Source: an uncultured Rickettsiales bacterium (GTDB lineage: Bacteria > Pseudomonadota > Alphaproteobacteria > Rickettsiales > CAIJLX01). From it: a DNA stretch of 64,000 nucleotides. How positions within the stretch are numbered: position 1 is the stretch's first letter; every line of letters begins with the position of its first letter. The stretch lies in contig CAYPXJ010000002.1 in NCBI GenBank assembly GCA_964414595.1, forward strand, positions 22,328 to 86,327. Reading direction: 5' to 3'. Shown here piece by piece: positions 39,472 to 47,640 of the stretch. Both the position numbers and the translations under genes were made by a program. Under the pieces are notes generated by a model. That model made no database searches. It saw only the letters and a program-made list of their open reading frames with translations, and was not told where the DNA came from.

Positions 39472-39996
39472 TGCTCGCCACGTCCATACGGGGCGGAGGG
39501 CGCTGATAATATTGCCCTTATCCATCAACCCGAAATACCGCGCGTCGAACGACTTGGGATTATAGTCGGACATCAGCAGCACCGAGTGCGCGTTCAGCGT
39601 CGTTTTCAGCCGGATATGCGGTAAGGGCTTACCTGCCGTATCCTGTTTCATCGGCTGGCTGTTGGGTAGCAGCGTTCCGTTCACCGAAACGCCCACCGCC
39701 GATATTTCCACCTTATCGTTTTCTGCCGCTAGGATTTTCTTAATCATATAGCCGTATCCGCCGGGGCAGAAACCCGCGCCGATATAGCCGCGTTCGCGCG
39801 CCTGTCGGAACACTTCATTGTCCGCAGGGCAGAAAATAACCAGCGATCCTTTACCGATGGGTTCGTTTGTCATGCGGTAAATGCCGAGGGGATAGCTTTC
39901 CGTCATGTTGAGGCGGATTCCGCCTATCCATGCCGCCGCCAAAGACACGGCGAGAACGCCGCCGACAATCAACGTCCATCGCACGGGCGTTTTCAT
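39427..39996 (-). CDS. traF: TraF, conjugative-transfer signal peptidase (S26 family, pilin maturation)
   Basis: IRLNMTESYPLGIY..., SFDARYFG, PVWTW. ATGA overlap with the traG stop. Confidence 0.85.
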   Translation of the reverse strand: MKTPVRWTLIVGGVLAVSLAAAWIGGIRLNMTESYPLGIYRMTNEPIGKGSLVIFCPADNEVFRQARERGYIGAGFCPGGYGYMIKKILAAENDKVEISAVGVSVNGTLLPNSQPMKQDTAGKPLPHIRLKTTLNAHSVLLMSDYNPKSFDARYFGLMDKGNIISALRPVWTWRALQQQRSIHRVNLRR

Positions 39997-41822
39997 GCCG
40001 CCATAAGCTTATCGCTGGTTTTCGGGGCAGGAATCGCCGCGCGCTCCTGGAAAACCGCATCCTGAAAATAAAGCGGCTGCTGGCCGTAAATGGCGGGGAA
40101 ACCTGCGCAGTAAATCACCATATCGCCCGCCTCGCGTATCATGCCGTCGCTGTCTTTCTTCGGCCCCGGCATACGCATCGTTTCATCGACCGTAAGCAAT
40201 GGCCTCTGCACTTCCTGCATCACGCGCGACACCTGACCGTGCAGCGGGCCGATGCGTTTGCCGCTGGTGGTAATCTGCTCTTTGACGATGGTGGTCTGTC
40301 CCGTCAGTTTGGAAAGATGTTCCGCCGTTTCCAGTCGGTTCGGCGGAAAGGCGACCTGAATATGGCAGTTGGAGGTAATGCTTTCCTCCTTGCCGTAGCC
40401 GGTGACGGGATTCTGCAACTGGTTGATGTCCTGTACGATAATGTAACACTTGATGCCGTAACCGGCGACGAACGCCAGCGATTCCTGCATGATTTCCAGT
40501 TTGCCGAGGCTTGGAAACTCGTCCAGCATCATCAACAGCCGGTGGCGGTAATGCGGCTTATGGCGTCCGTTCTCGAATTCCATACGGTCGGCCAGCAACC
40601 GCAATATCATATTCACCACGATGCGCATCAACGGACGCAGGCGCGACTTGTCGTTGGGCTGCGTCACGATATAGAGGCTGACGGGCCTCTCGTGATTCAT
40701 CAGGTCACGAATCCGAAACTCGGATTTGCCGACATTGCGCGCCACCACCGGGTCACGGTAGAGCGAAAGATAGGATTTCGTGGTGGAAAGCACGCTGCCC
40801 GCCTCCTCTTCCGGGCGATCCAGCATATCGCGCCCCGCTGCGGCGACGGCGGGATGCGGCGCGTTGTTCCGGTGCTTATAGATCGTCATTTCTTTCCATA
40901 GCTCATGCACCGGCTTTTCCGGGTTGGAAAGCATGGCGTCAAGCATGGGCAGATTGGCAATCTTTCCCTCATGCGCGCTTTTATAAAGCAGATGAAGAAT
41001 TGCGCCGACAATCAGCGATTGCGCCGTCTTCTGCCAGTGGTCGGTGAGACCCTTCCCGTCCGGATCGACCATCAGCGTCGCAAGATTCTGCACGTCGCCC
41101 ACTTCGTATTCCGTGCCCAGGCGGATTTCTTCCAGCGGATTGAAGCCGACGCTCGCAATCGTACTGGCCGGATCGAAACGCAGCACTTTATGCCCGGCGG
41201 ACTTTCTCCATCCGGCGGTCATTTCCCAAAGTTCGCCTTTGAGATCGAGAATCACTGCGCTGTGTTCCCAACTCAGCAGCGTCGGCACCACCAGACCGAC
41301 GCCCTTGCCGCTTCGGGTCGGCGCGAAACATAACACATGCTCCGGGCCGTTATGCCGCAAATAATGACGGCGGCGGTGTTTATCAATCCACGCGCCGACG
41401 ATAACGCCCCGGTTATTCAGCAAAGACGCCGCTTCAATATCGCGCCTGTCCGCCCAGCGCGCCGAACCGTGAATAAACTCGTTCGCCTTCGCGCTGTTGG
41501 ATGTCACGAGGATGCGGAAAAACGCAAGCAACATCAGCCCCGCCGAAACCATAATCCCGACCGAGGCGGCTTTTTTGATGGCGAAAGGATACGTGTCGTA
41601 ATAATGCCCCGCCCATTCCACGATTTTCCAGGGCGCGTAAACATCATGGAACGAACTGCCAAGCCCCGCCTGGTATGCAAAATCATGCGCAAACATCTGC
41701 GTAGCCGCCATAAAGCCGAAAATCAGCGAGGTCGCCACGAGAACGCTGCGCATGGCGCGGTCGGACGTTTTCGCTACCGCGCGAATTTGCGGGCCGACCC
41801 GGTTATTGCGTTTCTCGCTCAA
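39993..41822 (-). CDS. traG: TraG, type IV coupling protein (VirD4 family)
   Basis: TTG start directly after the traI TAG, with AAGGAGG upstream. Walker A APTRSGKGVG and Walker B MMLDEFPSLG. Confidence 0.92.
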   Translation of the reverse strand: MSEKRNNRVGPQIRAVAKTSDRAMRSVLVATSLIFGFMAATQMFAHDFAYQAGLGSSFHDVYAPWKIVEWAGHYYDTYPFAIKKAASVGIMVSAGLMLLAFFRILVTSNSAKANEFIHGSARWADRRDIEAASLLNNRGVIVGAWIDKHRRRHYLRHNGPEHVLCFAPTRSGKGVGLVVPTLLSWEHSAVILDLKGELWEMTAGWRKSAGHKVLRFDPASTIASVGFNPLEEIRLGTEYEVGDVQNLATLMVDPDGKGLTDHWQKTAQSLIVGAILHLLYKSAHEGKIANLPMLDAMLSNPEKPVHELWKEMTIYKHRNNAPHPAVAAAGRDMLDRPEEEAGSVLSTTKSYLSLYRDPVVARNVGKSEFRIRDLMNHERPVSLYIVTQPNDKSRLRPLMRIVVNMILRLLADRMEFENGRHKPHYRHRLLMMLDEFPSLGKLEIMQESLAFVAGYGIKCYIIVQDINQLQNPVTGYGKEESITSNCHIQVAFPPNRLETAEHLSKLTGQTTIVKEQITTSGKRIGPLHGQVSRVMQEVQRPLLTVDETMRMPGPKKDSDGMIREAGDMVIYCAGFPAIYGQQPLYFQDAVFQERAAIPAPKTSDKLMAA

Positions 41823-43646
41823 CTACATCCTCCTTGTCCGGCTGCGAATGCGGCCCTGGGGGGTGATGTCGATGGGTGTATCTATCGACATGCGGCGGAC
41901 ACGGTTAGCGGTGGGTTCGTCGATGGGCAGCACCAGCATTTCGGAGTGGTTTTTCAGAAGCAGCAGGGTCTTATCCTCGATATAGCGCAGACCCGCATAG
42001 GCGAATTTTCCGGCGTCCGCGCTTGTGAATGGCCGGTGCGGTAAAATATCGCTGCATTTTTCGCGCTTGCCGTTTCTCTCGGCGATGTAACGCTGCGTGG
42101 CGTCTTCACTTGTGAGTTTATTATCGTTCGCCGTGAGCGCCTGCCGTTGCTTCTCCATCTCCGGTTCCAGAAACATGATGTTCATCTTCGCTCCGGCCTC
42201 GATGGCCTGTCTGCGGAACTCTTCCGTACCCGTCACGTTGAGCTTCGGGCCGAAGCGCAGTATGGCAAGTTTCAGGGACGCTTCTATTACCTCACTGCTT
42301 ACCTTCTCGGCCAGTCGGAATACTCTGCCGTCGTCGCGCAACACCGTCTGCGCCACCTGATAATGCACGGTGCCGCGTTTTGTGACCGCCTCAATCTTTG
42401 CACCCGCGCGGTAATTCACCCGCTCGACATTCTCGCCGCCGATGGCGTTCGCCTGCACCGGCGTGCGCTCGTAGCGATTGCGCAATACTTCCAGCGCTTG
42501 GCTATCGCCCTCCCATGCTTTTGCTTTGAGCCAGTCGTACCAGACGACATGCCTGCCCTTCTCATAGACTTTTTGCTGATCCTTACGGTAGTCCTGATGA
42601 ATCGCCGCCACCTCCCGGTTAAAACTTTCCGAGACGGCGCGGTAGAGCATGTTCTTCGCCTTCCGCCCCTTGGTGAGCGTAATCATCGCGCGCTTCGCCT
42701 TCGCGTTCTGAATGGCGACCGAGACTCTCCGCTCTTTGCGCTGCCTTGCCCGTTCCTTCAACACCGCATGGCGCTGCTTACGCTGCGATTTCTCCTGCTG
42801 ATACTGTTCCCATAATTGCCGCGTATCCACGTTGGAGACGACCGGCTTCGCCTCATACCGCGCCACCGGCGTCACCTGCTGCGTCATCGCTCTATACGGG
42901 CCCAACTTTTTCTCCAGCGCGTTCTTCGATCGATTCCGCGATACCGACCTCGCTTTGGCGGCACTCGTACCATCCGTCACCACCAGCCCGTTGCCGCGCT
43001 CCTGCAGACTTAGTCCGTTCCGTGCCAATGCGTGATGCAATTCTTCCCAGCCGGTCGCCGCCAGCAATTCCTTCAAACATCCCCGCTTCATCCAGCCGAT
43101 TAAACTCTCGATACCGGCGGCTCTTTCCATATCCTGCGCCCTGGCTTCTCCCTGCGTCTGATACGGGATATGGTTATCGACCGCCAGATCGTAATCCCGT
43201 TCCAGCACCTCGCATAACGTACCGAGCGTCCGCTTGTCGTAATAGGGTTCATGGGCGGTAAAGCGTGTTGGATGGATTTTATTGATGGCGATATGGATAT
43301 GGACATGATCCGTATCATAATGCACCGCGCTTACCCGCTGGTGCTCGCCATAGCCGAGCGCCTTGCAGATACGTTCCTCCACTGCGGTAAGCACTTCCGG
43401 CGACGGGTTCTCCCCCGCGCGGAACGACAGCAACAGATGATAGGTCTTATCTATGGTGGTGCGCATGTTCCTGGCCTGCACCGCCTCCACTTCCTCGGTC
43501 GCCCAATCGGGATTCTCATTATGGCAGTTGGTCACGCGCACCGTACCCACCCGTTCGTTCTTATCCTGCCCGTTGGTGATATAGGCGACCAGTTTGGCGA
43601 AGCTGCTGCGGTTCACATTCCGAAACTCGATGCGCTTGGCGATCAT
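41823..43646 (-). CDS. traI: TraI, MOB(P) relaxase
   Basis: I prefer the start at MIAKRIEFRN (ATGA overlap with the traJ stop). FAKLVAYITN (catalytic Tyr region) and His triad HYDTDHVHIHIAINKIHP, closely resembling RP4 TraI as I recall it. Confidence 0.92.
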   Translation of the reverse strand: MIAKRIEFRNVNRSSFAKLVAYITNGQDKNERVGTVRVTNCHNENPDWATEEVEAVQARNMRTTIDKTYHLLLSFRAGENPSPEVLTAVEERICKALGYGEHQRVSAVHYDTDHVHIHIAINKIHPTRFTAHEPYYDKRTLGTLCEVLERDYDLAVDNHIPYQTQGEARAQDMERAAGIESLIGWMKRGCLKELLAATGWEELHHALARNGLSLQERGNGLVVTDGTSAAKARSVSRNRSKNALEKKLGPYRAMTQQVTPVARYEAKPVVSNVDTRQLWEQYQQEKSQRKQRHAVLKERARQRKERRVSVAIQNAKAKRAMITLTKGRKAKNMLYRAVSESFNREVAAIHQDYRKDQQKVYEKGRHVVWYDWLKAKAWEGDSQALEVLRNRYERTPVQANAIGGENVERVNYRAGAKIEAVTKRGTVHYQVAQTVLRDDGRVFRLAEKVSSEVIEASLKLAILRFGPKLNVTGTEEFRRQAIEAGAKMNIMFLEPEMEKQRQALTANDNKLTSEDATQRYIAERNGKREKCSDILPHRPFTSADAGKFAYAGLRYIEDKTLLLLKNHSEMLVLPIDEPTANRVRRMSIDTPIDITPQGRIRSRTRRM

Positions 43647-43987
43647 ACCTGCTTCACCTTCTCGTATAACAGCGCCTGCGCGTTCTGAATTTCTTTCAGC
43701 ACTTCGCGTATCTCGGGGGTAACTTCCGGCGTCAGACGGTTCTCGTTGGTCAGCCACATTTTTAGCAACCCGCCAAGCCGTCCCAAATCCCCGTTGACCT
43801 TCGCAAGCTCCAGCACCGCGTCCGCATCGAAAATGGATTTGGGCTGATAGGAAAGGCCAAGCTCGCGCAGGTACGCGGAAACCGACATACTGCAATCAGC
43901 CGCTTTCTCTTTTATTGCCACTTCTTCCGTAGGCAAGGCCCATACTTTCAGTGGCCGCACGCGACATCTGGATGGTTTTTTCATCAC
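43643..43987 (-). CDS. traJ: TraJ/MobC-like relaxosome accessory protein
   Basis: LPTEEVAIKEKAADCSMSVSAYLRE and ELAKVNGDLGRLGGLLKMWL, resembling RP4 TraJ. Immediately downstream of oriT. Confidence 0.8.
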   Translation of the reverse strand: MMKKPSRCRVRPLKVWALPTEEVAIKEKAADCSMSVSAYLRELGLSYQPKSIFDADAVLELAKVNGDLGRLGGLLKMWLTNENRLTPEVTPEIREVLKEIQNAQALLYEKVKQV

Positions 43988-44053
43988 ACCTCCTAAGACG
44001 GTAGTCGTCCCTCAGGGCAGGTTTACTGTTGAGCGTGAAGCGCGAATAAAAAC

Positions 44054-44084
44054 GTAATGTAGGCCTACATTACACATCCTGCCC
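44054..44084 (+). other. oriT: perfect 20-bp palindrome plus IncP-type nick region
   Basis: gtaatgtagg/cctacattac (44054-44073) followed by ACATCCTG|CCCGC. ATCCTG is at 44076-44081 and the predicted nick lies 8 nt after the repeat. Confidence 0.75.
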
Positions 44085-44206
44085 GCTTCAACCCCCTCTT
44101 CAATCACTACTATTAGTACAGTAAAACTTATCCCTCTGCCACCAAAAGTTGCAGCAGCCAAATCGCTATGGCAAATATGTTACAGCTATGGGGATGGAAC
44201 TTGGGG

Positions 44207-44581
44207 CTACTGACCCTGCGTCAGTCGCTTCTCGAACTTACCAATGGCTTTAATGAGGCTCATCACTTGCTTCACCAGGCCCTCATCAGAAATATCTTTA
44301 AACGGCTGGATAATGTCCCGGTAATATTTTGGTTCAGACTCCATGAACACTGACTCTTCTTCCTCCGGCAAGCCTTCATAAAAATATTCCAGCGGTACGT
44401 TGAGGGACTGGCAAAACCGGTAGAGGTTCGCCGCGCTGATGCGATTCGTGCCGTGCTCGTATTTCTGAATCTGCTGGAACGAAAGACCCAATGGCGCACC
44501 CAAAGATGCCTGACTCACGCCCAACTCTACTCTCCGCGATTTCAAACGTCTGCCGATATAGATATTAATCGGGTCGGCCAT
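44207..44581 (-). CDS. XRE-family HTH transcriptional regulator
   Basis: LGVSQASLGAPLGLSFQQIQKYEHGTNRISAANL. AAAGGAGG RBS. Confidence 0.82.
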   Translation of the reverse strand: MADPINIYIGRRLKSRRVELGVSQASLGAPLGLSFQQIQKYEHGTNRISAANLYRFCQSLNVPLEYFYEGLPEEEESVFMESEPKYYRDIIQPFKDISDEGLVKQVMSLIKAIGKFEKRLTQGQ

Positions 44582-44672
44582 AGCGCACCTCCTTTATGTA
44601 AACGAACATTGCCATTGCGTACCAACCTCTGTATTTATTCTCTGTTTATGAAGGGTTTAGCTTCACTCCAAA

Positions 44673-44713
44673 TCCATCCAGATATGGATTTATATTATCC
44701 ATATCTGGATGGA
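44673..44713. promoter_or_regulatory. large inverted repeat (17-bp arms, 7-nt spacer), candidate operator
   Basis: tccatccagatatggat (44673-44689) and atccatatctggatgga (44697-44713) are exact reverse complements. Lies between divergent regulator genes. Confidence 0.6.
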
Positions 44714-44747
44714 AATCAAGCATGATCTCTCTTATTTGGATAAATTT

Positions 44748-45200
44748 ATGAGCGATAGTGAAATTTCCCAAAGATTGCGCGCCATACGGGAGTTCACCGG
44801 CCTCAGCCGCGAGCGGTTCGCCAATTTGCTCGGTGTCGGTATGAGTTCCTGGCAAAAATATGAAGATAATCTGGCGTTTCCCGGCGGCAACGTTCTGTTG
44901 TCCTTATGCGAAAAAGGCTATAGCGCCGATTGGGTTCTGACCGGCAACGGCAGTATGCTGCTGAAAGATGTGAAAGGCACATTTCCATTTGATGCGGCAC
45001 TGCTGGCGCAAATCGTTGCCGAAGTGGATGACGCGCTTAAATCCCAGAAACCAAAAATTTCCGATAGCAGGCGCAGCAAGCTATACGGCCTGATTTACGA
45101 AGAAGTGATGAACCAGCGCATGGAAGACGGGGCGAGAGGAAATGCAAAAACCACCCTGGACACCGATAAGATTGCCCGGCTGGTCAAACTCGCAATGTAA
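44748..45200 (+). CDS. CI-like HTH repressor (no S24 peptidase domain)
   Basis: I prefer the start at MSDSEISQRL, because the track ATG 44709 lies inside the operator palindrome. LSRERFANLLGVGMSSWQKYE...GYSADWVLTGNGSM. Confidence 0.7.
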   Translation: MSDSEISQRLRAIREFTGLSRERFANLLGVGMSSWQKYEDNLAFPGGNVLLSLCEKGYSADWVLTGNGSMLLKDVKGTFPFDAALLAQIVAEVDDALKSQKPKISDSRRSKLYGLIYEEVMNQRMEDGARGNAKTTLDTDKIARLVKLAM

Positions 45201-45215
45201 CCCGGCGTTCAGGCA

Positions 45216-46025
45216 ATGGCGAAGAAGAAAGACAAAATCGTTACGCTACACCCGGAGCGCGTTGCACAGGCCCGCGCCAAACAGAAACGCGATGCGGCTT
45301 CGGAAGAACGGCGATCGGAGATTCGCAAGATTTTCGAGGAAGCCGGGGTAACGGGTAGACACGTTCCGAACAAAAAGCTCTGGTGGATTGGCGTAGCCGC
45401 CGTCGCGCTCGTCGCTATCGCCATAGGTTACTTCCTCCCGCGCGGCGGCGTTCCTACGAACAATGCCGCTATCTTCTATAGCGCCGACAAGAAATCCGAG
45501 AGTGCGCAGATCGTAAATCCCGGCACTATCAGCAAGTCGGATAGTTTGCTCAGTCAGTTCGATGGAATTGCCGTCAAACGGTTAAGCAAAACGGACGCAT
45601 CGGGCAATCGCTTCTGGGGTGTAAGAAAATTAAAAGAACTCCTGGGCAAGGAAGATGGAACATTTAAAACGCAGTTCCTCTATTTCGGTAACAATGGGGC
45701 ATTCAGCGACAAAGGAATTGTCACCTGGAGTGATATACGGAAACACGATCCCAGCCGCTCCGAACATGTATTGGATTACGAATCCAACATCGTCACCGAT
45801 AAAGCCCGGCAGGGCGATACGATGATTGTTGGAAAACGAAATAACACTCTTTTTATCATTATCACCGGACAACAAAGCATAGCCGAACATGAATTGCTCG
45901 GCAAATTGGGCATCGACAACGATATTGTGCAGAATGTGCCCATGCAGATTGTCGATGCTCCCGAAGACAAAAAGCAACCGGCGAAATCGGCTGAAGCCAT
46001 TATCCTGGAAAAACTTTCCGAGTAG
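45216..46025 (+). CDS. hypothetical single-pass membrane protein
   Basis: Basic N-terminus, TM WWIGVAAVALVAIAIGYF, about 190-aa extracytoplasmic domain. No motif recognised. Confidence 0.5.
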   Translation: MAKKKDKIVTLHPERVAQARAKQKRDAASEERRSEIRKIFEEAGVTGRHVPNKKLWWIGVAAVALVAIAIGYFLPRGGVPTNNAAIFYSADKKSESAQIVNPGTISKSDSLLSQFDGIAVKRLSKTDASGNRFWGVRKLKELLGKEDGTFKTQFLYFGNNGAFSDKGIVTWSDIRKHDPSRSEHVLDYESNIVTDKARQGDTMIVGKRNNTLFIIITGQQSIAEHELLGKLGIDNDIVQNVPMQIVDAPEDKKQPAKSAEAIILEKLSE

Positions 46026-46862
46026 CTAATCCAGCCCCAGCCGCTTCTTGGCTATTTTTATATATTCTGCGTTCAACTCTATCCCGATGCAGTTTCTGCC
46101 GGTTCTTTCGGTGACCAGCGCCGTTGTACCGGCCCCGAAAAACGGGTCGAGCACCGTGCCACCTTTCGGGCAGCCCGCCAGAATACACGGCTCGATTAAA
46201 TCCGGTGGATAGGTCGCAAAATGCCCTTCCCTGAAGGGTTGCACCGGCACCGACCAGACATTGCGCTTATTCTTTCCCTTGGGATGTTTCCAGCTTTGAT
46301 TTCCTTGTGTTTCGTAGGGTTCACGAATCGCATCCGCATCGTAAAAATATTTCTTCGATCTGGTCAGGAGGAAAATATACTCAAGCGCTCGGGTAGGCCG
46401 ATCTTTCACCGTTTCGGGGATAGGGTTCGGCTTATGCCACACGATTTCCGTGCGCAGGTACCAGCCGTCTTTTTGCAAAGCGAACGCGACCCGCCACGGG
46501 ATACCGATTAAGTTCTTTACCGGCAGACCCTGCCATTTTCCCTTCGGCATGACTTTTACACCCTTCCGGCCCCGGATGGGTACGCTACGATCGCTGAATT
46601 CGACATGGTTCGGCCCGACGAAGCAGTCTCCGAGATTAAGCCACACCGTGCCTTTTGGGTGAAGCACACGCTTTATCTCTCGGAAGATGCGCACGAGATT
46701 GCGCGCATAGGCTTCCGGCGTCGTCTCCATCCCCAGCTGACCGGGGATGCCGTAATCGCGCAAACCCCAATAAGGCGGACTCGTCACCACGCAATGAACG
46801 GAATTCGCTTCCAGCGTTTTCAAAACATCTTTGCACGAACCCTGTAGTATTTTGATACTCAT
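46026..46862 (-). CDS. orphan beta-class DNA methyltransferase (N4-C or N6-A)
   Basis: Motif IV TSPPYW near the N-terminus and motif I DPFFGAGTT near the C-terminus (beta order). No endonuclease gene adjacent. Confidence 0.85.
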   Translation of the reverse strand: MSIKILQGSCKDVLKTLEANSVHCVVTSPPYWGLRDYGIPGQLGMETTPEAYARNLVRIFREIKRVLHPKGTVWLNLGDCFVGPNHVEFSDRSVPIRGRKGVKVMPKGKWQGLPVKNLIGIPWRVAFALQKDGWYLRTEIVWHKPNPIPETVKDRPTRALEYIFLLTRSKKYFYDADAIREPYETQGNQSWKHPKGKNKRNVWSVPVQPFREGHFATYPPDLIEPCILAGCPKGGTVLDPFFGAGTTALVTERTGRNCIGIELNAEYIKIAKKRLGLD

Positions 46863-47028
46863 TTATTACCTGCCGTTAACCATTTAAGGCGCATTTCCTT
46901 AAAGCCGGAAGTCCGCTTGTTTATAAAACCCGCAAAAAACGGCCAGAATAATTACCAACTAAAACTTAACGCGTTGATAATCTGCGGGTTTCCTGTTAAA
47001 TATAGAGGACAATTTCAGGATACTTAGG

Positions 47029-47637
47029 ATGCTTGCTCCTGCATATGACGTGGATAACATACATTTTACCTTCACCCGCGATCCCCTGCTTCTACAGCAG
47101 TATTTCAAGGTGCGGGATGAAGTTTATGAAGAATATTTCCGTCTCCCCAGCGCTTCGCTGATTCACGATGACTACGATGACAATTTAGGTACTGACTTTC
47201 TCATCGTCAGTGATGGGAAAGAAGTGATCGGTGGCGCAAGAATTATCTTCCGGCTGCCGAAAAGTTCGTTTCTTCTACCTTTTGAGAGTGACGATTTTCT
47301 ATTGATCCGCGTATTGCCGGATTACGATCTGGACTCAAAAATGTACTGTGAGGTAGATCGTACTGTATTGAGAGAGCCTTACCGCCGTGGGCACGTAGGG
47401 CGGGAGATCGTTCGCCAGGTAGCCTATTACAGCAAGAATAAAGGCGCGGATTATCTCTTCACGGTCGATCCGCCGGTGCAGGCGCGGAATAACAAGCGTC
47501 ATTGCTCCGCACTCGGTATCGATTTTCGTATCTGTACGGATATTGACGTGCCGGATACGCCCGCTTTCAATGGGGTTAAAATGTTCCTGACGATTACGGA
47601 CTTGAAATGCCCCGTTCCCGAAGCGCCGTGGTTTTGA
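47029..47637 (+). CDS. GNAT-fold acyltransferase resembling autoinducer synthase (LuxI) / N-acyl amino acid synthase families
   Basis: FKVRDEVYEEYFRL...HDDYDDNLGTDFLIVSDGKEVIGGARI and CEVDRTVL parallel the LuxI-type RxxVF...ExDxyD...G..RL and ExSRf blocks. 202 aa. Confidence 0.5.
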   Translation: MLAPAYDVDNIHFTFTRDPLLLQQYFKVRDEVYEEYFRLPSASLIHDDYDDNLGTDFLIVSDGKEVIGGARIIFRLPKSSFLLPFESDDFLLIRVLPDYDLDSKMYCEVDRTVLREPYRRGHVGREIVRQVAYYSKNKGADYLFTVDPPVQARNNKRHCSALGIDFRICTDIDVPDTPAFNGVKMFLTITDLKCPVPEAPWF

Positions 47638-47640
47638 TTT

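Noticed and set aside
39930-42815. Long plus-strand ORFs (323, 142, 235 and 222 aa) opposite traG and traI
   Set aside because: They are antisense to genes with clear Walker and relaxase motifs. They have no RBS or motifs and a composition typical of spurious ORFs.
43647-43895. 83-aa N-terminal extension of the TraI ORF in the track (start 43895)
   Set aside because: It would overlap most of traJ in another frame. MIAKRIEF at 43646 matches the conserved relaxase N-terminus and gives an ATGA junction with traJ.
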